In this document: positions 56,941 through 64,000 of the stretch, piece after piece
How positions within the stretch are numbered: the stretch's first letter is position 1
Layout: every line of letters starts with the position of its first letter
From: Clostridia bacterium
GTDB lineage: Bacteria > Bacillota > Clostridia > Christensenellales > Aristaeellaceae
DNA length: 64,000 nt
NCBI GenBank assembly: GCA_017519405.1
Contig: JAFWSH010000006.1
Span: forward strand, 9,284-73,283
Reading direction: 5' to 3'
Program-made: the position numbers and the translations under genes
The notes under the pieces: generated by a model
Told to the model about the DNA's origin: nothing
Databases searched by the model: none
The model's input: the letters and a program-made list of their open reading frames with translations, nothing else

Positions 56941-58962
56941 TTACTTCGTGCTGCCTTCGGTGTCCATGGGAATGCGGACGCGGACCGTGTATCCCTCGTC
57001 CAGATAGTTGTCCGGGACGCTGGTCTCCACGATCTCATACTCACCCCAGGTCAGCAGCGGAGTTTCGGCGATGCCATCCTTGCCGGAGGTCAGCACCGCG
57101 ACAATCTCGCCGTTGTCATCCCCGTTGTGGGAGGGCAGGCCGGAAACGCGGGTCACGGTAAAGACCGCGCCGGGCAGGGGCATGCCTGTTTCGCTGTCGG
57201 TCTTCACAATGCGGATCTTGCCCTGAATGGGCTTGTTGGTCACAGTCCGGGTGATCGTCTCATCCATGCCCAGGGTAATGACCTCGCTCCAGAGTTCATC
57301 GGCATAGCCGGTGGGATTCTCGCGCTCCTTCACCAGGTAGGTGTTCGGGAACAGGGCAGGGGATTCAGCCATGCCGCTCTTGTCGGTGACAATGGTCACC
57401 ACCAGATCGCCGGGATTGCCGTCATCGTCAACCTCATAGATATCAAACTGAACGCCCGCGATGGGATGATCGTCCAGCTCGTCCTTCTTCAGGATCGTGA
57501 TGCGGCCAGGCGCGGGCTGGTTGATGACAGTGGCCAGCAGCTTGCTGGGGTTCACATAGGTGCCGTCGATCACGATGGACCATTCCTCATCGGAAGCGTG
57601 ATATCCGCTGGGAGCGCTCAGCTCACGGATGGTGTAGCTGCCGTAGGGGATCTTCGAGAACAGCACGATGCCGTCCGCGTCCGAAACGGCTTCCTGCACC
57701 TTATTGCCCTTCTCGTCAAAGAGGCCGAAGACCGCGCCGGGCAGCGGCTCATCGCTGTCGGTCGTCTTCATCAGCATGACCTTGTTGACTTCATTGCGGA
57801 TTTCCGTCTTGCCGGTTACCTTGCCATCCGCGCTGACGGTAAAGGTCAGAGTCTCCACGTTCAGGGCATACCCGCTGGGCGCGTAGGTTTCCTTGAACGT
57901 GTAGGTGCCGGGCACCACGGGGATGTCCGGGATCTCGCCATTGGCGTCGGTGTATTCGCGGCAGATGACCGTACCGGTCGAGTCATAGACCTCGATCAGA
58001 GCGCCGGGAAGGCTGACCTTGCCGGTGATATCCTTCTTGGTGATCGTTACGGGCGTGTAGATGAGGCGGTTCAGGATGGGCTGGGCCAGCACGACGTCAA
58101 TCACGTCCTCCTCGGAAGACATGTTGGCGGAGGTCAGCTTCACAGGATACTTGTCTGCGCTCTGCAGATAGCCCGCGGGAACAGCGAGCTCCTTGAGGTA
58201 GTAATCCCCGTGGGGATACATGCCGGAGAACACGAGAAGACCGTCAGCATCGGTCTTGCCGGTGGCCATGAGCGTTCCTGCGGGCAGCTTCTGATTGTCG
58301 CCATACGTGATGACGCTGCTGTTGTACAGGCCGAACACAAAGCCCTCGCCGGGCACTGTCTCCACCTCCTGGTGGATCATGCCTTCCTCGGTCTCCGTTC
58401 GCGTCAGCGCTTCTTTCTGCTTCCGAAGGGTTACGCGGACAGGCAGGTAGGTGTTGGAAGCGGACACCCGGATCTCCACAATGGCCGTCTTGTTGTCCAC
58501 GGCGGAGAGGGTCACGTTATAGGGCCGGCTGTCAAAGATGTATCCGTCAGGAGCGGAAATCTCCGTCAGGTAGTAGCGGCCCAGGGGCAGGATCTTGGAC
58601 TTTACCGCGCCGGTTTTGCTGGTGGTCAGCGTTTCCACGAGGTCGTCCTTTTGGTAGAAGACCGTGCCTTCCTTGCCGACGATATCCTCGGCGGCGCGCA
58701 GTTCAAAGATCGCGCCTTCCATGTACCCGTCCTGATAGACGGGCTTCATCAGGGTATTGCCGAACTCGTCTGTCTCATCGGCAAAGCGGACCAGCTGCAG
58801 GCCGGTTTTCTCCAGCACGATATCGCCCTGGACCGGCGTGTTGGTCACGTTCAGGACAATGGTCACCGGCTCGTCGTCGGCCAGGACCGTGGGCACCTGA
58901 AAGCAGGTCATCAGAATGACAAGGGCAAGGCCCAAATGCAGCATTCTCTTCATGAAATTCAT
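56941..58962 (-). CDS. Secreted Cna-B/SpaA-type repeat protein, paralog of 54491-56857 but without a sorting signal
   Basis: Signal peptide MNFMKRMLHLGLALVILMTCFQVPTVLA. N-terminal 150 aa colinear with the 788-aa protein (NTPV.G.I..EK.G..L..F.......FGN......Y..GY(L/M)EGA(V/I)FE(V/L)RA.EDIVGK(D/E)GTV). Ends ...RVRIPMDTEGSTK with no TM. Confidence 0.8.
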   Translation of the reverse strand: MNFMKRMLHLGLALVILMTCFQVPTVLADDEPVTIVLNVTNTPVQGDIVLEKTGLQLVRFADETDEFGNTLMKPVYQDGYMEGAIFELRAAEDIVGKEGTVFYQKDDLVETLTTSKTGAVKSKILPLGRYYLTEISAPDGYIFDSRPYNVTLSAVDNKTAIVEIRVSASNTYLPVRVTLRKQKEALTRTETEEGMIHQEVETVPGEGFVFGLYNSSVITYGDNQKLPAGTLMATGKTDADGLLVFSGMYPHGDYYLKELAVPAGYLQSADKYPVKLTSANMSSEEDVIDVVLAQPILNRLIYTPVTITKKDITGKVSLPGALIEVYDSTGTVICREYTDANGEIPDIPVVPGTYTFKETYAPSGYALNVETLTFTVSADGKVTGKTEIRNEVNKVMLMKTTDSDEPLPGAVFGLFDEKGNKVQEAVSDADGIVLFSKIPYGSYTIRELSAPSGYHASDEEWSIVIDGTYVNPSKLLATVINQPAPGRITILKKDELDDHPIAGVQFDIYEVDDDGNPGDLVVTIVTDKSGMAESPALFPNTYLVKERENPTGYADELWSEVITLGMDETITRTVTNKPIQGKIRIVKTDSETGMPLPGAVFTVTRVSGLPSHNGDDNGEIVAVLTSGKDGIAETPLLTWGEYEIVETSVPDNYLDEGYTVRVRIPMDTEGSTK

Positions 58963-58977
58963 GTCGTTTCCTCCCGA

Positions 58978-61941
58978 TCATTCGATCTTGACAATTGTAG
59001 TGAATCCGGAGTCAACATAGCCCTCAGGCACTCCGGTTTCCGTTACCTGATACTCGCCCCAGACCAGCCAGGACGTTTCCGCAATCCCGTTCTCATCGGT
59101 GGTGATTACCGCGACCACCTTGCCGATATTCGTGACATCATAGGAGTCCGGCCCGGAAAGGCGGGTGATGGTGAACACAGCGCCGGCCAGCGGCTGCCCC
59201 GTCACGGTGTCAGTTTTCATAATCCGGATCTTTCCCAGGATGGACTTGTTCGCAAACGTGACCGTGCTGGTCGTGCCGGCTGTCACTTCGACCTCCCGGG
59301 ACGGTTTTGCCGCCAGCTGGAAGCCCTGAGGCGGCGTTTTCTCACGCACGGTATACTTGCCCGGCTGAAGACCAGTGAACGAGGCGATGCCGTTGGCGTT
59401 GGTGGACGCGGTCGCGATCACGCTGCCCGTGCTGTCCAGCAGTTCAAACACGGCCCCCTTCAGAGACGTCCCGTCGGTCATGGTCTTGGTGACCTGGATT
59501 TCACCCTGGCTCAGTTCAAAGACCAGCGTCGCGCTTTTCAGAGGATAAGGATGCCCATAGAGGGGGACCATGATCTTCTGAATGGAAACGGAGGGAACGC
59601 CTACCAGGAAACTCGCTTCCTCGTCATCCGAGGAAATGGATTCCATGTCAACGCTGAACAGGCTGCGGGACGAGGTGACCCGGATGGTGTCGCCGCTTTT
59701 CACGTAATAGTAGTCGTTGTCCGAGCCGCCGGTATTCCCCGTCAGGGTTCTGCTGGCAATCTTCGGAATGCGGATCAGGTCAGCGTCCGTTCTCAGCGTC
59801 GCGGTGCCGATATACTGATCTCCGGAAATGCTGGTGCTCATGTTGGACACGGTGATGTCCCCGGTGATCCTGGAACGGGCAATGCCGTTCTCCGCCAGCC
59901 AGCGGGCATAGGTCAGATACACAGCGGGCGCACCACCGGAGAAGCTGTAGAAGTTGTCCATGTTCCAGTAATCCCGGACATACTGCGCGCCTTCCAGCTG
60001 CTTGATGACCTCACGCATGGCAAACTGTCCCGCGACACGGCTCCAGACCTCATTGTTGGCGTCCGAGCGGTTCAGGGCCATGAAGGGATAGGTGTGGCGC
60101 AGCACCCAGGCCAGCGCGTGCATGGTGGATTCGCTGTAGCGCACACCGGTTGTGCCGCCGTAGTTGGGATCGTTGGAAAAGGTCTCCATGTCCACCAGAA
60201 CATAGGAGCCTTTCGGCTGCTGGTTGGAGCCGGAGCCCTCGCCGGGACCGGACAGCTTGTGCTCCAGGCAGAACACGGTAAAGCCATCCAGGTAGTGGGG
60301 CGTGGCGTACACAATGCCATGCTCCGGGGATTTCGCGATCTGCGGGTACTCGCTGTCGTGGCCGGAAGAGCCGTACAGACCCGATTGCCACTCATAGAAT
60401 CCGCCGATGCTGCCGCTGATGTTCTTCAGGGTAAAGCCGTTCATGGGCGTGGACCGCAGCGACCGCTGGCTGCTCCGGTTCATCCGGAAGTATTCCAGCG
60501 TCCAGGCAAAATCCGTGACCGTGCAGGAATCGCTGGTCGCGTCGCCGGTCTCATCCGCCCTGATCCAGGCCGTGCTGTAGTCCGTCCACTTGAGCGTTCC
60601 GTCAGTGAAATCATCGCCGTACAGGAAGCGCACCTGGTACCAGACGCCGCCGCTCTTGTCCAGCTCCACAGACAGGACCTGCACCGTGGCGGCCTTCACA
60701 AAGTGCCCCAGATATTCGCCGCTGTACTGGGTTTCCGCGGCCTGCTCGTCGATCCCGGCAAACACGCGGGTGCTCCGGGTAACGCCGATGTAAGCGCCGG
60801 GCTCCGCGTGCGCGGGCGTTTCCTCAGCATCCTCGGGCGGGAGTTCCGTGTCAGTGGCCGGGGACTCCTCCAGCGGATCTTCCGGTTCATCGGAGGTCTC
60901 GGCGGGGTCTCCGTCTTCCGGTTCGGGCTCCTGACTGGTCTCCACGGGCTCGGAGGTTTCCTCCGGAACATCGGTTTCCTCAGGGTCATCCTGCGGAATG
61001 GTCTTATCCTGTTCGTCAGGAAGAGGTTCCGGGATTGTCTCCGTCTCGCTGCCGGGATAGAAGCCATTCACCACAAAGAGGCCCATCAGGCCAATGGAGG
61101 TCATGCCTTCACCCATGGGCAGATAGTTGATCTCCGCCGCGTCCTCATCCAGCAGGAAGTGGTCGTCCAGGTTTTTCACGCTGACAAAACCCTTGACCAC
61201 ATACCCCTCCTCGTCCAGGAACCAGACCACCACCGTGTCATGCTCAGTATACGCGGTGGCCAGCACCAGAAAGATGTCGGAAGTCGTGGTATAGATCAGC
61301 GTGTCCGCCTTCAGCACCGGACTGCTGTAGACACTGGTTTTCCGGACGGTCGGGACATAGACGTGTCCGTAGGTTTCCAGCGCGATTTGCAGGGGATGCC
61401 GGTCGTCCACGGACTCATCCTGTTCGGGCTCGGTGACATCCGACTCGGTGGTGTCCGAGGAAGCATCCGTCTCCGGGACTGAAGGATCCTCGCTTTCCAC
61501 GGGATCGGCAGGCTCCGTTTCGGACTGTTCAGGAACTACCGGGTCCTCAGGCTCCGTCTCGTCAACGGGCTCCGGCATGGACGTGTCAGAAGGAGCAGTC
61601 GTGCTTTCCTCATCCTCTTCTGTCACAGGATCCGGGGAAGCCTGCTGCTCTTCGGTATCGTCAGGCGCGGATGTCTCTTCCATCGACAGCACAGGTGCGT
61701 CCGCCTCTGTTTCTTCAGCGGGCAGATCAGCAGCCGGCTGTTCTTCCGGCAGCGGCTCCTGTTCCGCGGGAGAGGAAGCAGCAGACTCTTCGCCGGAATC
61801 CACGGGAATGACTTCCACGGTAACGCCGTCCTCCGGCACCGCCGTCTCTTCCGCCAGCGCGGCCATGGGCATACAGGTGAGCGCCATGCACACGGACAGA
61901 ATGAGGGCGGCAATACGATTGAGTTTTCCTTTCATTTGCAT
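58978..61941 (-). CDS. Large secreted adhesin-like protein: acidic P/E/T/D-rich regions, central globular region, two C-terminal Cna-B-type repeats
   Basis: Signal peptide MQMKGKLNRIAALILSVCMALTCMPMAALA. About 150-aa and 100-aa acidic low-complexity tracts. C-terminal GAVFELLDSTGSVIATASTNANGIASFTGLQPGKYTVREKTPPQGF and GAVFTITRLSG...GEYQVTETGVPEGY. Confidence 0.75.
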   Translation of the reverse strand: MQMKGKLNRIAALILSVCMALTCMPMAALAEETAVPEDGVTVEVIPVDSGEESAASSPAEQEPLPEEQPAADLPAEETEADAPVLSMEETSAPDDTEEQQASPDPVTEEDEESTTAPSDTSMPEPVDETEPEDPVVPEQSETEPADPVESEDPSVPETDASSDTTESDVTEPEQDESVDDRHPLQIALETYGHVYVPTVRKTSVYSSPVLKADTLIYTTTSDIFLVLATAYTEHDTVVVWFLDEEGYVVKGFVSVKNLDDHFLLDEDAAEINYLPMGEGMTSIGLMGLFVVNGFYPGSETETIPEPLPDEQDKTIPQDDPEETDVPEETSEPVETSQEPEPEDGDPAETSDEPEDPLEESPATDTELPPEDAEETPAHAEPGAYIGVTRSTRVFAGIDEQAAETQYSGEYLGHFVKAATVQVLSVELDKSGGVWYQVRFLYGDDFTDGTLKWTDYSTAWIRADETGDATSDSCTVTDFAWTLEYFRMNRSSQRSLRSTPMNGFTLKNISGSIGGFYEWQSGLYGSSGHDSEYPQIAKSPEHGIVYATPHYLDGFTVFCLEHKLSGPGEGSGSNQQPKGSYVLVDMETFSNDPNYGGTTGVRYSESTMHALAWVLRHTYPFMALNRSDANNEVWSRVAGQFAMREVIKQLEGAQYVRDYWNMDNFYSFSGGAPAVYLTYARWLAENGIARSRITGDITVSNMSTSISGDQYIGTATLRTDADLIRIPKIASRTLTGNTGGSDNDYYYVKSGDTIRVTSSRSLFSVDMESISSDDEEASFLVGVPSVSIQKIMVPLYGHPYPLKSATLVFELSQGEIQVTKTMTDGTSLKGAVFELLDSTGSVIATASTNANGIASFTGLQPGKYTVREKTPPQGFQLAAKPSREVEVTAGTTSTVTFANKSILGKIRIMKTDTVTGQPLAGAVFTITRLSGPDSYDVTNIGKVVAVITTDENGIAETSWLVWGEYQVTETGVPEGYVDSGFTTIVKIE

Positions 61942-61954
61942 TCGCAGATCTCCT

Positions 61955-63028
61955 TTATTCTTGTACAGCCATGACGATCAGCCGCCCGCTGACGCCGCCA
62001 TAGCCGCGGTCGCAGGTGATCAGGGTCAGGATGTGATCCGACGCCGTCACCTGAACACCGGTGTCATACAGGGCTTTTCGTCTGGCCCGGTTCACAAAGC
62101 GCATGAAGCTCTCGTCACTGGCAAAGGTAGCCGTCGCCGCGTCCCACTCGCTGACGTTCATGTTCACCACCGCGAAGACGCGATAGTCGCGCGCACCGTA
62201 CAGGGTGTCCAGATGAATCATGGAGTGGGCGTTGCAGTACGCCTGATCCTTGTACTCGAGCAGGGTGCTGAACATGGCGTCGCTGTGGCTCAGATGATGA
62301 CCGTAGATGGCGATGCTCCGGCTCGGCGTCCTGTAATCCGAGCTTTTCAGGGAGAACAGGGTGCCCAGCTTGCTCTGCTTTCCGGTGAACAGATGGTGCA
62401 GGTAGTATTCGGTGTTGTCAGAGCGCACCACAGGGTAATCAATCCCGGTCCCGGGGATGGTGATCCACGCGACGAAGTCCCGGTTCTGCGCCAGACAGGC
62501 CTCCAGATCCACACCGGACTGCGGCTTGGGCGTCGGGGTAGCCGGCGCGGGCTTGTCTGTCGGCCGTTGTGTCGCTGTGCCCGGGTCAGTCGTGTTCCTG
62601 GGCGGATCACTGGTTGGTTCTTCTGTCACCGGTGTATCCGGTGTGGCATCCGGCTCAGGCTCCACGGGCGGTGAAGCGGTCGCTTCCGGGGCGGGCGTTT
62701 CCGTGCAGGTTGCTTCCGGGGCTTCGGTTCCCGGCGGTTCCTCTGGCAGAAGCCCGTTGGGATCGGGCGGTTCCTCCGGTGGCGCAGGATCAGCCGCGTT
62801 GGTTTCCGTCGGTGCGGGCGTCGGACGGATTACCGGTCCGGTTTCCTGCAGGCGGACCTGTTCCGCCATGGTTCCGTACTCCTCGTCATCCGTCTGATAG
62901 GAGACCCATTCGGAAGCCATCGGCCAGACGAACATGAACGCGCCGATCAGAAACAGGAGAACCAGTATGACAGCGCTTCGCTTCTGAGATCCATTCTTCA
63001 ATTCGTACCTCCAATTGAAAAGACGCAC
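61955..63028 (-). CDS. srtB: Class B sortase with an unusually long Pro/Thr/Glu-rich linker
   Basis: N-terminal TM (AVILVLLFLIGAFMFVWPMA), ~130-aa P/T/E-rich linker. Catalytic domain NRDFVAWITIPGTGIDYPVV...IAIYGHHL...HILTLITCD (TLxTC Cys motif). Confidence 0.8.
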   Translation of the reverse strand: MRLFNWRYELKNGSQKRSAVILVLLFLIGAFMFVWPMASEWVSYQTDDEEYGTMAEQVRLQETGPVIRPTPAPTETNAADPAPPEEPPDPNGLLPEEPPGTEAPEATCTETPAPEATASPPVEPEPDATPDTPVTEEPTSDPPRNTTDPGTATQRPTDKPAPATPTPKPQSGVDLEACLAQNRDFVAWITIPGTGIDYPVVRSDNTEYYLHHLFTGKQSKLGTLFSLKSSDYRTPSRSIAIYGHHLSHSDAMFSTLLEYKDQAYCNAHSMIHLDTLYGARDYRVFAVVNMNVSEWDAATATFASDESFMRFVNRARRKALYDTGVQVTASDHILTLITCDRGYGGVSGRLIVMAVQE

Positions 63029-63044
63029 ATCTCACGACATGCGT

Positions 63045-63971
63045 CTATCGCTGCTCCTTGGCCTGCTCACGTTTCCGGAGCCAGCCGTCCAGGAGCTTCA
63101 GGATGACGGCTTCCATCTGCTTGACCGTGTACGACCTCGGAAAGTACTTCTTCAGCGTGTCATGGCTCAGCGTGACGGAATTGTACAGGGGCTTCTTTTC
63201 CTCAGAAATGATCTTCTTGACCCCTTCCTCGGTGAGCGTTCCCGCTTTGCTCTCCTGCTTGATGCGCTGCGCCTGGGAAAGAGACGGTGTCTGCTGTGTC
63301 TCTTCCAGTGCGGTGAACACCCATTCCTGCTCCTGCGGCTGCAGGAAGGACAGCTCCACCGCCGGCGTGAAAGCCAGCTCACCCTGATCCACCTTGTCCA
63401 GGAGGGGCGGCGTCAGGTCATTCAGCCGTATGAAGCGCTGGACTTGCCGTTCGCTCGTTCCTGCGTCTTCTGCCACTTGGGTCACGGACAACTTCTCGCC
63501 AACTTGGCGAGAAGTTAGGTCACGCCGTGCACCTTGATGGCTCAGCGCATCCATCTTCATCTGGTACGCCTTCGCCCGTTCGCTGGGCAGGATGTTCTCC
63601 CGCTGAAGGTTGCTGTCCACCATGATGATCGTGGCTTCGTCGTCGTCCAGGTCGCGGATGATCGCCGGGATCTCGTCAATCCCGGCCAGCTCACAGGCAC
63701 GCTTGCGCCGGTGGCCGGAGATGATCTCATAGGTGCCGTCGCTCAGGGGCCGCACAATGATGGGTGACAGAACGCCGTATTCCCTGACGCTCTCCACGGT
63801 TTCCATCATGCGCTCATCGTCCAGCACACGGAACGGATGGTTCAGGAAGGGCACCAGATCGGTCAGCGGAAGATTCTGCACCTGTACACGCTTTTCGCCC
63901 TGACGATCCGCTTCCGTGGAGAAGATGTCATCGAGCGGCGTTAAGCTGATGTTTCTGCCGCTGCTGTTCAA
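63045..63971 (-). CDS. parB: ParB/Spo0J-like nuclease-domain protein
   Basis: GAAGGAGGTG 7 nt before TTG 63971. GVLSPIIVRPLSDGTYEIISGHRRKRACELAG is the ParB box (GxxxPIxVR...GHRR). HTH region follows. Confidence 0.85.
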   Translation of the reverse strand: MNSSGRNISLTPLDDIFSTEADRQGEKRVQVQNLPLTDLVPFLNHPFRVLDDERMMETVESVREYGVLSPIIVRPLSDGTYEIISGHRRKRACELAGIDEIPAIIRDLDDDEATIIMVDSNLQRENILPSERAKAYQMKMDALSHQGARRDLTSRQVGEKLSVTQVAEDAGTSERQVQRFIRLNDLTPPLLDKVDQGELAFTPAVELSFLQPQEQEWVFTALEETQQTPSLSQAQRIKQESKAGTLTEEGVKKIISEEKKPLYNSVTLSHDTLKKYFPRSYTVKQMEAVILKLLDGWLRKREQAKEQR

Positions 63972-64000
63972 GCTGAAGCACCTCCTTCGTCAGCGCGTGA

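Larger units (their letters stand above)
8276..64000 (-). mobile_element. Integrative conjugative element, Tn1549 / C. difficile CTn-like transfer module (partial; continues past right edge; left limit approximate; no integrase in window)
   Basis: About 35 co-directional, tightly packed or overlapping minus-strand genes with the characteristic set: relaxase, MobC, DUF3846, TTRAP, Cys-rich VLP, YodL/DUF4316, TopB, DUF4366, DUF4315, CD1108-type NlpC/P60, VirB4 (CD1110-type), PrgI, CD1112-type VirB6-like, Maff2, VirD4, PcfB, sortase plus surface proteins, ParB. Visibly higher GC than 1-8.0 kb. Confidence 0.8.

Noticed and set aside
59900-60400. Thioester (TED) adhesin domain in the 987-aa protein, based on the FCLEH motif
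   Set aside because: The Cys-containing motif fits loosely ((Y/F)C(L/I)(E/Q)). I could not find the partner Gln in a TQxA(I/V)W-like context; the closest is STMHALAWVL. The call would be speculative without a profile search.
54263-61482. Very long plus-strand ORFs (914 aa at 54263-57007, 1532 aa at 56884-61482) opposite the surface-protein genes
   Set aside because: They are antisense shadows of well-supported minus-strand genes in GC-rich DNA. Their products are R/G/H/Q/L/V-rich low-complexity sequence without recognisable motifs, signal peptides or Shine-Dalgarno sites. The minus-strand products have clear domain repeats and signal peptides.

Overview
This 64-kb window has gene content typical of a gut Clostridia-type Firmicute. 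I saw no rRNA, tRNA or CRISPR array. It has three nested layers.

(1) 1-8.0 kb, plus strand, roughly 50% GC by eye. This holds cell-surface protein ORFs: a Big_2/BspA-LRR protein, and a secreted S8 subtilase with LRR, Big_2 and Listeria-Bacteroides repeats. The subtilase reading frame is cut by a single in-frame TAG at 5933-5935 and then continues open to 8020.

(2) 8.3-64 kb, a co-directional minus-strand block (high-50s % GC by eye). It looks like the transfer and maintenance module of a Tn1549 / C. difficile CTn-type ICE. It encodes a relaxase plus MobC, a CHC2 primase-like protein, a ~2400-aa ArdC-N/N6-MTase/SNF2 polyvalent protein, TopB, DUF4366, DUF4315, two NlpC/P60 proteins, VirB4, PrgI, a VirB6-like protein, Maff2, a split VirD4 coupling protein, PcfB, three Cna-B/SpaA-type surface proteins, sortase B and ParB. 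It runs off the right edge of the window.

(3) A 17,766-bp Tn4451/Tn4453-like mobilisable transposon (about 35.6-53.36 kb) sits inside the ICE coupling-protein gene. Its backbone is a tnpX large serine recombinase, tnpV, a MobQ relaxase with an RSF1010/pIP501-type oriT, DUF3847 and tnpW.

The transposon's plus-strand, lower-GC cargo (38.7-49.0 kb) is the most interesting part. A near-consensus promoter drives two Cys-rich leader-bearing peptides, a radical-SAM/SPASM enzyme and a UvrA paralog that lacks the UvrB-binding domain, all translationally coupled. After a 49-nt gap come a complete Type I R-M system (hsdR-hsdM-hsdS) and a DUF2513 gene. I know of no described RiPP class or defence system with the peptide / rSAM / UvrA2 gene set.

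All family names come from motif recognition by eye, not database searches. Start codons were chosen from Shine-Dalgarno context. GC statements are eyeball estimates.
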